Assembly (NCBI GenBank): GCA_902787375.1
Contig: CADAGD010000007.1
Coordinates: 3,878 to 67,877, forward strand
Direction of reading: 5' to 3'
Length of the DNA stretch: 64,000 bases
Origin: an uncultured Eubacteriales bacterium
GTDB lineage: Bacteria > Bacillota > Clostridia > Christensenellales > CAG-138
The position numbers were made by a program, and so were the translations under genes. The notes under the pieces were generated by a model. The model had not been told where the DNA came from, ran no database searches, and saw nothing but the letters and a program-made list of their open reading frames with translations. Numbering within the stretch: position 1 is the first letter of the stretch; each line of letters starts with the position of its first letter. This document shows, piece after piece, positions 52,570 to 62,783 of the stretch.

Positions 52570-54819
52570 TTAGTCCTTCATATGCGCCTTATAGTAATTC
52601 ATCAGGTTGCCCTCAAGGAGTATCTCCTTCTCATCGGGTGTCAGACCCTTGATATTGAGGGTGATGTCCTTAACGCCGTCCTTGGTAATGACCTTGGCGG
52701 GAATCGTTTCAACGCCGTTCTCAACAGCCTTGCGGATACCCTCGACGAATACGAAATCTCCGCACTCATAGGGGAACTCGGCGCCTTCGGGAAGTGTGAA
52801 GGGCAGTATACCCCAGTTGATGCAGTTGGAGCGATAACGCTTTGTAGCGTACTCATAGCAGATATTGGCAAAGCCGCCAAGCACACGCTGGCAGGATGCC
52901 GCCTGCTCACGAGCGGAGCCGTCGCCGGGCTTGTTGGCGAATACGCAGGAGCCGAAGCCTGTATTCTTGATAAGCTCCTCGGCATTGCCGACCTTCTCAA
53001 GGGCGTTCATTATGCGTTCGGGCTTCTTGCCGTCACGACGCTCGAAGTCCATAGCCATGACCTGCTTGCTGCGTCCGACGTATTCGGGAACGCGGCGTGA
53101 AAGCGCGAACTCGGCAAGACGCAGGGGGTTGGAACGATAGGAGCTGGTTTCACCGGAGGGAATCAGCTCGTCGGTTGTGGTGACGGGATCGCGGATGACC
53201 GCATCCAGCTCCAACAGAACGTTGTCGGTCAGCTCATACATTGCGGGCCAATCGGTGATGTTGGGGCCGAGCTTGAGCTCAACGGAGGGATCAGCCTTGC
53301 CGAAGCCGTTATAAACACGCCTGTCATAGACGGTCTTATCGAAATGATACTCGTAGTGGGTATCGTCGAAATCAATATCGGTAGCGGCGGTTATCGCGCC
53401 GTGGTTCCTTGCGGTAGCCGCTATGGAACGGGAGTCCATAAGAGCGACTGTCGAAATCTGACCTTCACCGGGCTTGGAGCCTTCACGGTTGGGGAAGTTC
53501 CTTGTGGTGTGACGGAGGGACAGACCGTTGTTCGCGGGTACGTCGCCTGCGCCGAAGCACGGGCCGCAGAAGCTCTGCTTGATTATGGTTCCGCTCTCCA
53601 GGAGCTTTTCGGTCATGCCGATGCGTGTAAGCTCAAGGGATGTGGGTACGCTTGTGGGATATACGGAGAATCCGAAGTAACCGTCGCCAACATCGTGACC
53701 ATCCATTATCTGAGCGGCGGCAACGCAGTTATCGAATGTTCCGCCGGAGCATCCCGCTATAACACCCTGATCCGCATAGACCTTGCCGTCAACGACCTTA
53801 TCGGTGAGCTTGAGATGTACCTTGGAGCCGAACTTCTTCTCAGCCTCAGCCTCAACGCTCTTGAGTATCTCAACGGGATTTGCAAGGAACTCATGTATGG
53901 TGTAGGCATTCGAGGGATGGAAGGGCAGCGCGATCATGCTCTCGATTTTGGAGAGATCAAGCTCTATCATGCTGTCATAGTAAGCAACATCCTTCGGATA
54001 GAGCCTCTTGTATCCTTCGGGACGACCGTGGATGCGATAATACTTCTCGATCTCGGCGTCGGTTTCCCAGATGGAGGAAAGACATGTTGTTTCGGTGGTC
54101 ATAACGTCGATGCCGTTACGGAAATCGTAGGGCAGGCTCTCGATGCCGGGGCCGACGAACTCCATGACCTTGTTCTTGACAAAGCCGTTTGCGAATGTCG
54201 CCTTAACAAGAGCAAGAGCGACGTCATGCGGGCCGATGCCCTTCTTGGGCTTGCCTGTGACATATACCAGAACAACTTCGGGAGAGTTGATGTCCCATGT
54301 GTTCTTGAGAAGCTGCTTAACAAGCTCAGGGCCGCCTTCGCCAACGCCCATTGTGCCAAGCGCACCGTAACGTGTATGTGAGTCGGAGCCGAGTATCATG
54401 TTGCCGCAGTTTGCCATAGCTTCACGCGCATAGCTGTGAATTACGCTCTGGTTGACGGGAACATAGATTCCGCCGTACTTCTTTGCCGCGGAAAGACCGA
54501 AAACATGGTCATCCTCATTGATGGTTCCGCCAACAGCGCAAAGGCTGTTGTGGCAGTTTGTCATGGCGTAGGGAATCGGGAACTCCTTCAATCCGGATGC
54601 CCTTGCTGTCTGTATGATACCGACATATGTTATGTCATGCGACATAAGGCAGTCGAAATGTATCTTCATTTTCTTAGCATCATCGGATGCGTTGTGCGCT
54701 CTCAAAATCTGATAAGCAATCGTGTTTTCGCGTCCCTGCTCAGGTGTGATACCGGATACCGGCTCCTTCTGGGGCTTGCCGTTTACAAGATATACACCGT
54801 TTTCATAAAGTTCCATCAT
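52570..54819 (-). CDS. Aconitase-family hydratase (aconitate hydratase-like)
   Basis: GSDSHTRYGALGTMGVGEGG, CGPCFGAGDVP Fe-S ligand motifs; swivel domain at the C-terminus. Confidence 0.8.
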   Translation of the reverse strand: MMELYENGVYLVNGKPQKEPVSGITPEQGRENTIAYQILRAHNASDDAKKMKIHFDCLMSHDITYVGIIQTARASGLKEFPIPYAMTNCHNSLCAVGGTINEDDHVFGLSAAKKYGGIYVPVNQSVIHSYAREAMANCGNMILGSDSHTRYGALGTMGVGEGGPELVKQLLKNTWDINSPEVVLVYVTGKPKKGIGPHDVALALVKATFANGFVKNKVMEFVGPGIESLPYDFRNGIDVMTTETTCLSSIWETDAEIEKYYRIHGRPEGYKRLYPKDVAYYDSMIELDLSKIESMIALPFHPSNAYTIHEFLANPVEILKSVEAEAEKKFGSKVHLKLTDKVVDGKVYADQGVIAGCSGGTFDNCVAAAQIMDGHDVGDGYFGFSVYPTSVPTSLELTRIGMTEKLLESGTIIKQSFCGPCFGAGDVPANNGLSLRHTTRNFPNREGSKPGEGQISTVALMDSRSIAATARNHGAITAATDIDFDDTHYEYHFDKTVYDRRVYNGFGKADPSVELKLGPNITDWPAMYELTDNVLLELDAVIRDPVTTTDELIPSGETSSYRSNPLRLAEFALSRRVPEYVGRSKQVMAMDFERRDGKKPERIMNALEKVGNAEELIKNTGFGSCVFANKPGDGSAREQAASCQRVLGGFANICYEYATKRYRSNCINWGILPFTLPEGAEFPYECGDFVFVEGIRKAVENGVETIPAKVITKDGVKDITLNIKGLTPDEKEILLEGNLMNYYKAHMKD

Positions 54820-54971
54820 GTCTTTTTTGCCTTCTCCTTATCTGCTTTTGATAGATGTGATTACGTCCACATCACACCTGTATAGCATACTATATTTTTC
54901 CATATATTTCAATAGCTTGCGCGCGCTTTGCTAAACTATATTAGATGACGCTCCATCTTTTTTCGACATAA

Positions 54972-55005
54972 ACAAAAAACGCAGGCACTAAAACCTGCGT
55001 TTTTA
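54972..55005 (-). terminator. Rho-independent terminator of the tRNA-fMet / tRNA-Met pair
   Basis: Minus-sense aaaaacgcaggttttagtgcctgcgtttttt. Confidence 0.7.
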
Positions 55006-55006
55006 T

Positions 55007-55083
55007 TGGTAGCGGCAATCTGATTCGAACAGATGACACTCCGGGTATGAACCGAATGCTCTAGCCAGCTGAGCTATGCCGCC
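55007..55083 (-). tRNA. tRNA-Met, elongator type (anticodon CAT)
   Basis: Minus-sense GGCGGCATAGCTCAGCTGGCTAGAGCATTCGGTTCATACCCGGAG...TGCCGCTACCA; resembles Bacillus elongator tRNA-Met; tRNA-Ile2 not formally excluded. Confidence 0.8.
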
Positions 55084-55086
55084 AAA

Positions 55087-55162
55087 TGGTTGCGGGGGAA
55101 GGATTCGAACCAACGACCTTCGGATTATGAGCCCGACGAGCTACCTGCTGCTCCACCCCGCG
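55087..55162 (-). tRNA. Initiator tRNA-fMet (anticodon CAT)
   Basis: Minus-sense CGCGGGGTGGAGCAGCAGGTAGCTCGTCGGGCTCATAATCCGAAG...CCCCGCAACCA; C1-A72 mismatch, G-rich anticodon stem. Confidence 0.85.
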
Positions 55163-55189
55163 ATGTTACTGTGTCAAACAGCGTTACTT

Positions 55190-55218
55190 ATTCTAATACA
55201 GTTTACTCCATTTGTCAA
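55190..55218 (-). promoter_or_regulatory. Promoter of the tRNA-fMet / tRNA-Met pair
   Basis: Minus-sense TTGACA (55213-55218), 17 nt, TAGAAT (55190-55195). Confidence 0.6.
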
Positions 55219-55355
55219 CAGTTATTCGGGCGATTTTACTTATATATTTTTAACTTTACAAAGAATTTACAATTAAGGTTTGAACAATGGCTTGATTTAT
55301 GGTAATATAATAGGGTATCATAATATAGTGGACTGCTGTTTGAAAGCAGTCATAA

Positions 55356-57410
55356 ATGTCGAAGGGTACAGGAAGGATAAAAAGCTTGAAAAAATACAGT
55401 ACACTAATAATTTACGCTGTAATGTTCATACTGCTGGCCGTTCTGATAATCAGCAATCAGAACACTCAGCGTGTAAAGCCCACCGAATACAGCTATGGTG
55501 AGTTCTATGAAACATTAAAGGGCGGCATGGATGTATCAAACAACAGTGTTTCAGCCAACAAGCGCATTGAAGCTGTCATGATAAGCGGCACCGAGCTTTA
55601 CGGGCTTTATACCCCTGCATATTATAAGGAGGTATTTAAGACGGAGCTTACCCCACGCGAGCTTCAGACAAGGCTTGAAAGCTTTAAAAACGGCAGGCTG
55701 TATGATTGCCATGTCACGGTATCCAGCGCGGACAGTTTCCAGACCGAGATGACGCATCTGATATCATTCGTGACAGGTCTGGACAGCGACAAGATCACAA
55801 CGAATGATTACGGCTTCTTCTACACCATTTCGGTGGAGCGCACATCATGGTTCTGGCTCATATTCCCCTACCTTATTATGGGCTTGATACTCATTGGCAG
55901 TATGCTGATAATTGTCAAGGCATCCGGCAGGGATAACAGACAGGCGATGAACTTCGGCAAGAGCCGTGCCAAGCTCTCCGACGGCAAAAACAAAAAGACA
56001 TTCGCGGATGTTCAGGGCTGCGAAGAGGAAAAGGAGCAGATGCTTGAGCTGGTTGATTTTCTCAAGGATCCCTCGGCCTTCTCGAAAATGGGTGCGCGGA
56101 TACCCAAGGGAGTTCTGCTCGTAGGCCCTCCCGGCACGGGTAAGACGCTGCTTGCCAAGGCTGTCGCCGGAGAAGCCAACGTCCCCTTCCTCTCTATAAG
56201 CGGCTCCGATTTCGTTGAGATGTTCGTTGGCGTCGGCGCGAGCCGCGTCCGTGATCTGTTCAATACCGCCAAGCGCATGGCTCCGGCTCTCGTATTCATC
56301 GACGAGATCGACGCTGTTGGTCGTCAGCGCGGCGCGGGACTTGGCGGCGGACACGATGAGAAGGAACAGACGCTCAATCAGCTCCTCGTTGAAATGGACG
56401 GCTTTGAAGGCAATCAGGGCGTTATAGTCATTGCGGCTACCAACAGACCCGATGTCCTCGATCCCGCGCTGTTAAGGCCCGGCAGATTTGACAGGCAGAT
56501 AACCGTCGATTATCCTGACGTTAAGGGGCGCGAGGCAATACTCAAGCTCTATGCCTCCTCCAAGCCCATTGCCAAAGACGTCGATCTGAACAAGATAGCC
56601 AAGCTCACCCCCGGTTTTACGGGCGCCGACCTTGAAAATGTTCTTAACGAGGCTGCCATACTTGCAACAAGGCGCAAGCTTAAAACAATAGATACAAATC
56701 TTGTTATCGAAGCTATGAAGCGCGTTACATGGGGCCCCGAAAAGAAGAGCCGTTTGGTCAGCGAAAAGGATCGCTTTGTGACTGCAACCCACGAGGTTGG
56801 CCATGCAATAGTCGGTCGTATGCTGCCCAACAGCGATCCCATAGACGAGCTTTCGATAATTCAGCGCGGCAGAGCGGCTGGTTATACCAATTTCATTCCC
56901 GATGAGGAGAACACCGGCGTTACACGCGGCAAACTGCTTGACATGATCGCAATGGCAATGGGCGGCCGCATGGCTGAGGCTGTAAGGCTTGACGATATAA
57001 GTGTCGGAGCGCAGAACGACCTCAAGCGCGCAACTGAGATAGCAAAGCGCATGGTGACAGAATTCGGCATGAGCGAGAATGTCGGCCCGGTATTCCTTGC
57101 AGGCGATACCGAGGTATTCATAGGCCGCGAATGGGGACATCAGCCCAACTATTCCGAGGCGGTCGCCGCCGACATTGACCGTGAGGTTCGCCGTATAATG
57201 GACGAGGCGTGTGAGCGTGCCAAAGCCATAATCGAAAAGAACGCCGACGCCATGACGGTAATAATCAACGCTCTTATAGAGAACGAGCATTTATCCGGCA
57301 GCGAGTTCGAAAGGCTGCTGAATGGAGAAGCCGACTGGAAGGATAAAAAGAACACCGACGACAAAACCGAGCAGGCTGAAGAAGCCGCCCCTGAGAATCA
57401 AAATGTTTGA
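55356..57410 (+). CDS. ftsH: ATP-dependent zinc metalloprotease FtsH
   Basis: Two TM helices, Walker [19 protein letters not shown], Walker [18 protein letters not shown] zinc site. Confidence 0.95.
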   Translation: MSKGTGRIKSLKKYSTLIIYAVMFILLAVLIISNQNTQRVKPTEYSYGEFYETLKGGMDVSNNSVSANKRIEAVMISGTELYGLYTPAYYKEVFKTELTPRELQTRLESFKNGRLYDCHVTVSSADSFQTEMTHLISFVTGLDSDKITTNDYGFFYTISVERTSWFWLIFPYLIMGLILIGSMLIIVKASGRDNRQAMNFGKSRAKLSDGKNKKTFADVQGCEEEKEQMLELVDFLKDPSAFSKMGARIPKGVLLVGPPGTGKTLLAKAVAGEANVPFLSISGSDFVEMFVGVGASRVRDLFNTAKRMAPALVFIDEIDAVGRQRGAGLGGGHDEKEQTLNQLLVEMDGFEGNQGVIVIAATNRPDVLDPALLRPGRFDRQITVDYPDVKGREAILKLYASSKPIAKDVDLNKIAKLTPGFTGADLENVLNEAAILATRRKLKTIDTNLVIEAMKRVTWGPEKKSRLVSEKDRFVTATHEVGHAIVGRMLPNSDPIDELSIIQRGRAAGYTNFIPDEENTGVTRGKLLDMIAMAMGGRMAEAVRLDDISVGAQNDLKRATEIAKRMVTEFGMSENVGPVFLAGDTEVFIGREWGHQPNYSEAVAADIDREVRRIMDEACERAKAIIEKNADAMTVIINALIENEHLSGSEFERLLNGEADWKDKKNTDDKTEQAEEAAPENQNV

Positions 57411-58668
57411 TCTGCATACACATTCCAATTTATCGGACGGCACTTTGCCGCCCGATAAATTAGTTGAAACGGCAAAAGCCCTTGGTATTAGACTGCTTGC
57501 GCTGACCGATCATGACACCGTGGCGGGCATTCCCGCCGCCAGTACTCATGCGGAAAAGCTCGGACTTCCGTTTTTGTGCGGCATCGAGCTTGCCGCCGAG
57601 CATGATGAAAGGCTTCATATCCTCGGTCTCGGCATTGATACCGATGCTCATAATCTGCGCGATATGGTGGCGATTCAGGCTGCCAGACGCGCCGAAAGGA
57701 ATGAAAAGACTTTAAAGCTCCTGTCAGACAGCGGCATGGATGTCACTCCGTTCTTAAAGCCCACAGCAGGGGTTGTTACCCGCGCTAATATAGCTGCGGC
57801 AATGCTCGAAGCAGGCTTCTGTGACAGCGTCGCCGACGCCTTCAAGCGTTTCATAGGAAGGGGCTGCCCGTTTTTTGTCGGATATGAGTATCCGTCAAGG
57901 CGCGACGTTATCGAAACGATCCTTTCGGCAGGCGGCTTGCCAGTAATAGCGCATCCCATGAAGATGAAATGCGATCACCGCGCTCTAATAGCCGAGCTGA
58001 AGCAATACGGGCTTTGGGGCGTCGAGGCATATTACGGCGGCACAGACAGAGCAAGCATTGAATACTTCAGCTCGCTTGCGCGCGAATATGGGCTTCACAT
58101 CACCTGCGGAAGCGACTTTCACGGTGCAAACCGTCCCGGTATAAAGCTCGGATGCGCCTTCAGGGAGTGCGATGAGCTTGAGGAAACGGTTGGGATACTC
58201 CTCTCAAAATACGTCAAGTCCCCTCGCCGCCGCGGATTATCGCTCAACGAGTATCAAGCGATAGTCGAAGGGATAGTCTCCACGATTCCCGAAGACTTTT
58301 TCAAAGGACTTAACGGCGGCATTGTCATAACGGAGAGGGAAAAGCTCCACTCAAAGAGCCGTCCCGAAAGACCTCTGTTCATACTCGGCGAGTACAGCCA
58401 TGGGAGCCAGACGGGGAAATACATAACCCTCTATTACGGCTCATTCGTGCGCGTTCACGGCAGACTGCGCGGAAAGGCCGCAGAGGACGTCATACGGCGC
58501 GTTATCATGCACGAGTTCCGTCATCATCTTGAGATAAATGCCGGTCAGCATGACCTTGAGTACGAGGATGATGCGAGCGTCGCAGGATACCTTGAAAGTC
58601 TTAATGACGCTTCCGAGCCATCCTCACCTCCGGTCTTTACCACCTACGGCGACGAATACAAGCTATGA
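57403..58668 (+). CDS. PHP-domain phosphoesterase fused to a zincin-like (DUF1025-type) metallopeptidase domain
   Basis: [13 protein letters not shown]...LALTDHDT...GSDFHG PHP motifs; C-terminal part from about 58218 with VIMHEFRHHLE; ATG overlaps the ftsH stop by 8 nt. Confidence 0.75.
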   Translation: MFDLHTHSNLSDGTLPPDKLVETAKALGIRLLALTDHDTVAGIPAASTHAEKLGLPFLCGIELAAEHDERLHILGLGIDTDAHNLRDMVAIQAARRAERNEKTLKLLSDSGMDVTPFLKPTAGVVTRANIAAAMLEAGFCDSVADAFKRFIGRGCPFFVGYEYPSRRDVIETILSAGGLPVIAHPMKMKCDHRALIAELKQYGLWGVEAYYGGTDRASIEYFSSLAREYGLHITCGSDFHGANRPGIKLGCAFRECDELEETVGILLSKYVKSPRRRGLSLNEYQAIVEGIVSTIPEDFFKGLNGGIVITEREKLHSKSRPERPLFILGEYSHGSQTGKYITLYYGSFVRVHGRLRGKAAEDVIRRVIMHEFRHHLEINAGQHDLEYEDDASVAGYLESLNDASEPSSPPVFTTYGDEYKL

Positions 58669-59585
58669 ACCCGCTTACATACACTATTCCCGAAAGCCTC
58701 TCAGGATGCCCTGTCAGGCAGGTATTGCTTGAGCAGTTCGCCATGTCGCACTCGCACATATCGCGGCTGAAACGGCGTGACGACGGCATATGTCTCAACG
58801 GACATAAGTGCTACACGACAACGCGCTGCGCTCCCGGAGATACCGTTTCGGCATTGATATCCGACCCTCCTTCAACCAAGCGGCTTGAGCCGATCGAATA
58901 TCCGCTTGACATAGTTTTTGAGGATGAGTGGCTGATAGTCGTCAACAAGCCTGCGGGCATGACGGTGCATCCCGAAAGGGCGGGGATTGGCGGCTCAGTA
59001 GAGAACGCCTTAACGCACTATCTGTCGGACGATGAATTTGTGCATACCGTGAGCCGCCTTGACAGGGGAACGAGCGGGCTTATGACGGTAGCCAAATGCG
59101 GCTACATGCACGAGCGCATGATAAGGATACTCCATACGGATGATTTTCAAAAGGAGTACCTCGCCATAGTTTGGGAGACCCCGACGGACGGGCATGGCTT
59201 CATAACCTTACCGCTCGCGCATCCCATAGGTGAGAATTACCGCATGGAGGTTCGCAATGACGGACTTGCCTGCAAGACCGAGTATGAGGTTGTTGCTGAG
59301 CTTGGCGATATGTCCGTCGTAAGGCTCATACCTCATACCGGCAGAATGCACCAGTTAAGGGTTCACATGGCGTCAACAGGGCATCCCATAGTCGGAGACT
59401 GGCTCTATGGGCAGGAGGTTCCATTCATAGATCATCCCGCGCTCCACTCGGCAAAACTGAGTTTCAAGCACCCGTTGACAGGAGCATATATCAAGCTTAC
59501 GGCTCCCGTTCCCGACGATTTTGAGGAAATTGTTTCAAATCAAAAAAATATATGGAACCTCAGCGTGTCGTTAAACGTCTTATAA
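58665..59585 (+). CDS. RluA-family pseudouridine synthase
   Basis: S4-like N-terminus; VSRLDRGTSGLM catalytic Asp motif; HQLRVH. Confidence 0.85.
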   Translation: MNPLTYTIPESLSGCPVRQVLLEQFAMSHSHISRLKRRDDGICLNGHKCYTTTRCAPGDTVSALISDPPSTKRLEPIEYPLDIVFEDEWLIVVNKPAGMTVHPERAGIGGSVENALTHYLSDDEFVHTVSRLDRGTSGLMTVAKCGYMHERMIRILHTDDFQKEYLAIVWETPTDGHGFITLPLAHPIGENYRMEVRNDGLACKTEYEVVAELGDMSVVRLIPHTGRMHQLRVHMASTGHPIVGDWLYGQEVPFIDHPALHSAKLSFKHPLTGAYIKLTAPVPDDFEEIVSNQKNIWNLSVSLNVL

Positions 59586-59694
59586 GTGCAGTTAATGAAG
59601 AAGCAGTGTTTTCTTCCTTCTGCGAGTATGTTATAATATGCTTGACCAAACTAAAAGGAAAGGAAGCCCTTCAAACGAGGGGCATGGTAGTATC

Positions 59695-60579
59695 ATGAAA
59701 AGGATTACAGCGATTGTTTTGACATTGATCTTCGCACTCATGGCGGCGGTTCCCGCATTTGCCATGGAGGAGGGCGAACGCCGTCTGGTTCTCGGAGCCG
59801 ATCTGACCGACGAGCAGAAGGCTGAGGCGATACAGTTCTTCGGCATATCCGAGGAAACTCCCCTCATAACCGTCACGAACAGGGACGAGCGTCAGTACTT
59901 CGAGGGCAAGCTTCCCGATGAAAAGCTCGGTCATGTCGCGCTTTCCAGCATCTACATTGTAGCCAAGGCAAAGGGTACGGGGCTTTCCATCAAGACCCAC
60001 AATATCAACTATGTAACATCCGACATGTATGAGAATGCCCTCATATCCGCCGGCATAACCGACGCCGATATAAGCATCTGGGCACCCCGCAACATCAGCG
60101 GAACCGCCGCTCTTACCGGCATTTACAAGGCATATGAGGACATGACGGGACGCGCTCTCGACTCCTATGCCAAAGACCTCGGTATCGAGGAGCTTATCGC
60201 AACAGGCAAGCTTGCCGAGTATGTCGGCTCCAAGGACGCCCTTGCGATAATAAACGACGTCAAGAAGATTCTCGATGAAACTCGCACCATGAACGACGCC
60301 GACGTCATGGCGAAGATTCACAGCATCGCCGCTGAGTACGGCGTGACCCTCACCGACGATCAGGCAAACCAGATATTCACCCTTGCCCGTATGTTTGAGG
60401 GACTCTCCGCCGAGGAGATACAGCAGCGTCTTGTCAATATGGCAAACGCCGCTCAGAAAGCGCAGTCCTTCGGTGAGGTCGTGCAGGGCATTATACAGTC
60501 CATAGGCGACTTCATTCAGATAGTCGGCGACTTCTTCGCCAACGTCTGGAACAACTGGTTCGGCGGCGGAAATAATTAA
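59695..60579 (+). CDS. DUF1002-like secreted protein
   Basis: Signal peptide MKRITAIVLTLIFALMAAVPAFA; LGADLTDEQKAEAIQFFGI...; family call from memory. Confidence 0.6.
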   Translation: MKRITAIVLTLIFALMAAVPAFAMEEGERRLVLGADLTDEQKAEAIQFFGISEETPLITVTNRDERQYFEGKLPDEKLGHVALSSIYIVAKAKGTGLSIKTHNINYVTSDMYENALISAGITDADISIWAPRNISGTAALTGIYKAYEDMTGRALDSYAKDLGIEELIATGKLAEYVGSKDALAIINDVKKILDETRTMNDADVMAKIHSIAAEYGVTLTDDQANQIFTLARMFEGLSAEEIQQRLVNMANAAQKAQSFGEVVQGIIQSIGDFIQIVGDFFANVWNNWFGGGNN

Positions 60580-62165
60580 TTTGCTAACCTTTTAAGTATG
60601 CGGCTCGTCCAAAGGAAAACCCAAGGGACGAGCCGCGTTTTTATTGAATTTTGCTCGTTATGCGATTTTTTGCGCAGCTCTGCCCTCCATCCGAGCTTGG
60701 GCTTTTTCAAAAGCGCTCTGATTATTGAAAGCTTCTGCTTTTCACCCCCTGAAAGGTTGGTTGAGCCCTCATTTATAACGGTATCAATACCATCGGGGAG
60801 AAAGCTTAAAAAATCGTCCAAATCAAGCATATGAGCAAGGCGTCTGAACTCCTTTTCATCCGGCTCCCTGCTCTCGTCAAGGGTGAGATTGAATCTCAAT
60901 GTTTCCTCTATCAGCATGGGCTCCTGTTCGGATATGCCGACCAATTCCCTTCTAAGCCGCCGCATGTCAATACTCTCCATAGGTATGCCGTTATACAATA
61001 CCTTGCCGCTGTACTCGTCGATGAACATTCCGAGAAGAAGGTTTATATACGTGCTTTTGCCCGCGCCGTTTTCACCGACAAAGGCATACAGTTTTCCCTT
61101 TTCAAGCGTAACGCTGCGGTTCTCAAATATGGGTTCATCATCATACCCGAACGAAACGCCATTGCATTCAATGCTCTCAATATCGGAGAGTGTGATGCTG
61201 CCGTTGGTCTGCTCAGGTATCTCAAATATTTTTTCGAGTCGATCGCAGGATACCTTGTTGCTCTGGATGCTCTTTCCGAGTGAGAAAAAGTACTGCGTGG
61301 CTCCGAGTGACATTCCGAAATAGCTCATAACCATTGTCAACTCGCCTATGGTCATCTTGTCGGCTATAACAGCCATGCCGCCAAGCACAAACACGACAAC
61401 ATTTGCCGCCGTTCTTATAACAACATCCGAGCCGCTGAAACCGTATTCCGCCTTTTGACTTTTGAGACACTTGCTCAAAAGCGTCTTAACGCTCCTGTCA
61501 AGCCTCTTGATATATCCGTCGGAAATGCCCTGCGCCTTGATGAAATTTACATTGTTAAGCTGAGCGTCAAGCTTTGAAAAATACTCCGCCTGCTCCTCCA
61601 TGAACTCATAATCCGCCTTGTATACGGGTTCCTTAAACACGTTATAAAGCCCGAAATAGGCGAGGTCTATAACGATCATCGCCACCGCGAGCCAAGGCTC
61701 GAACATGTAGAGAAGCACAAGGGGCAATACCAATGTTATGACATTGGAGATTATGTTTTGAAGCACGGTTATGCAGAATATAATCAGCATGTTGGAGTCG
61801 TTGTTTATCTGCTGATTCAGAAAAGCCGTGTTCTTGCCCTGCATGAATCTGAATGTGATATTCTGCACATGGTGTATGGCGTCGGCATTCAGCTCATAGC
61901 CGCCGCCCACCTGTACCCTTATATAAAGCCTTTCGCAGACATAGCCCAATACGAACTCGAATGCCGCTATGAGTACCAAAGCCAATACATATATCTTTAT
62001 GAATCCGGCATCCTTTGTCTGCGTCAGCTCGTCGATGAAGCTGCCCGAAATGTAGGGAGCTATCACCGTTGTGACATTCGCAAGTATGTACAGCCCTATC
62101 AGAATGGCTATTCGCCCGCTGTGTCTTCGCAAATAGGGCGCGCATAGTTTAAAAATACTTTTCAT
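60576..62165 (-). CDS. ABC transporter permease/ATPase fusion, apparently 3'-truncated (Walker B, D-loop, H-loop missing)
   Basis: Six-TM domain, Walker A GENGAGKST, signature LSGGEKQK; after ...IIRALLKKPKL the frame reads unrelated residues into the terminator; start at ATG 62165 (MKSIFKL). Confidence 0.75.
   Translation of the reverse strand: MKSIFKLCAPYLRRHSGRIAILIGLYILANVTTVIAPYISGSFIDELTQTKDAGFIKIYVLALVLIAAFEFVLGYVCERLYIRVQVGGGYELNADAIHHVQNITFRFMQGKNTAFLNQQINNDSNMLIIFCITVLQNIISNVITLVLPLVLLYMFEPWLAVAMIVIDLAYFGLYNVFKEPVYKADYEFMEEQAEYFSKLDAQLNNVNFIKAQGISDGYIKRLDRSVKTLLSKCLKSQKAEYGFSGSDVVIRTAANVVVFVLGGMAVIADKMTIGELTMVMSYFGMSLGATQYFFSLGKSIQSNKVSCDRLEKIFEIPEQTNGSITLSDIESIECNGVSFGYDDEPIFENRSVTLEKGKLYAFVGENGAGKSTYINLLLGMFIDEYSGKVLYNGIPMESIDMRRLRRELVGISEQEPMLIEETLRFNLTLDESREPDEKEFRRLAHMLDLDDFLSFLPDGIDTVINEGSTNLSGGEKQKLSIIRALLKKPKLGWRAELRKKSHNEQNSIKTRLVPWVFLWTSRILKRLAN
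60600..60643. terminator. Hairpin terminator between convergent genes
   Basis: gcggctcgtcc-N16-gacgagccgc, then TTTTT. Confidence 0.7.
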
Positions 62166-62189
62166 TCTTACCCTTCGATTATAATTAAA

Positions 62190-62219
62190 GCCGTGCCTGA
62201 GCCATAGCTCAGGCACAGC
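62190..62219 (-). terminator. Stem-loop between precursor genes and the ABC gene (terminator/attenuator candidate)
   Basis: Minus-sense ggctgtgcctgagc-tatg-gctcaggcacggc, then tttaattataat. Confidence 0.5.
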
Positions 62220-62317
62220 CTTAGTTAAACATTAGTCTTAGCTGCTAACAGCACGGTTCAGCTCAGTAGAACAGCATATCTGTTTTCATTTGCTTATAAA
62301 GTTCATTCTTAAATTGA

Positions 62318-62455
62318 TTAACAAGCTTGTATAGGATGAATTTTTTCATACCTATCCAAAGCACATGGTCTAAAGCCTCTACCTTTCATCTTTGCGGTAC
62401 ATGAGGTTGAAGCCTTGTTAACATCTTTCTTTGTTTTTAAAATCAAAAATTTCAT
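62318..62455 (-). CDS. Candidate RiPP precursor peptide 2 (45 aa)
   Basis: Not in ORF track. GGAAGGAAAATATT-ATG; MKFLILKTKKDVNKASTSCTAKMKGRGFRPCALDRYEKIHPIQAC*. Confidence 0.65.
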   Translation of the reverse strand: MKFLILKTKKDVNKASTSCTAKMKGRGFRPCALDRYEKIHPIQAC

Positions 62456-62534
62456 AATATTTTCCTTCCTGAAAAGCTATAAAAAGCGTTTGTTTTGTAA
62501 ATATGTTTTATAATTAATACTTGCTATTTTCAGA

Positions 62535-62666
62535 TTAACACGGACGTGCAAAACGAGGATATCTATCTATCCTACACGGCCTATCTTCCCCTCCTTTCAT
62601 TTTCGCAGCACATATAGATACAGGTTTATTAGTACCATTTTTTCTTTTTAAAATCAGAAATTTCAT
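62535..62666 (-). CDS. Candidate RiPP precursor peptide 1 (43 aa)
   Basis: Not in ORF track. AAAGGAGGATAAT-ATG; MKFLILKRKNGTNKPVSICAAKMKGGEDRPCRIDRYPRFARPC*. Confidence 0.65.
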   Translation of the reverse strand: MKFLILKRKNGTNKPVSICAAKMKGGEDRPCRIDRYPRFARPC

Positions 62667-62783
62667 ATTATCCTCCTTTCGAATAAAATATGCCGTTATA
62701 TAAAGCAGAACCACATGCTTTCACATCGTAATGAAAACTCATTCGTTAAATCTTGCAAATGAATGCAAAACGCCATCTATGTC

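Noticed and set aside
55007-55083. CAT-anticodon tRNA as tRNA-Ile2 (lysidine-modified)
   Set aside because: The anticodon arm (GGTTCATACCC) and the overall sequence resemble Bacillus elongator tRNA-Met rather than the tRNA-Ile2 pattern I recall. It is kept as elongator Met at reduced confidence.
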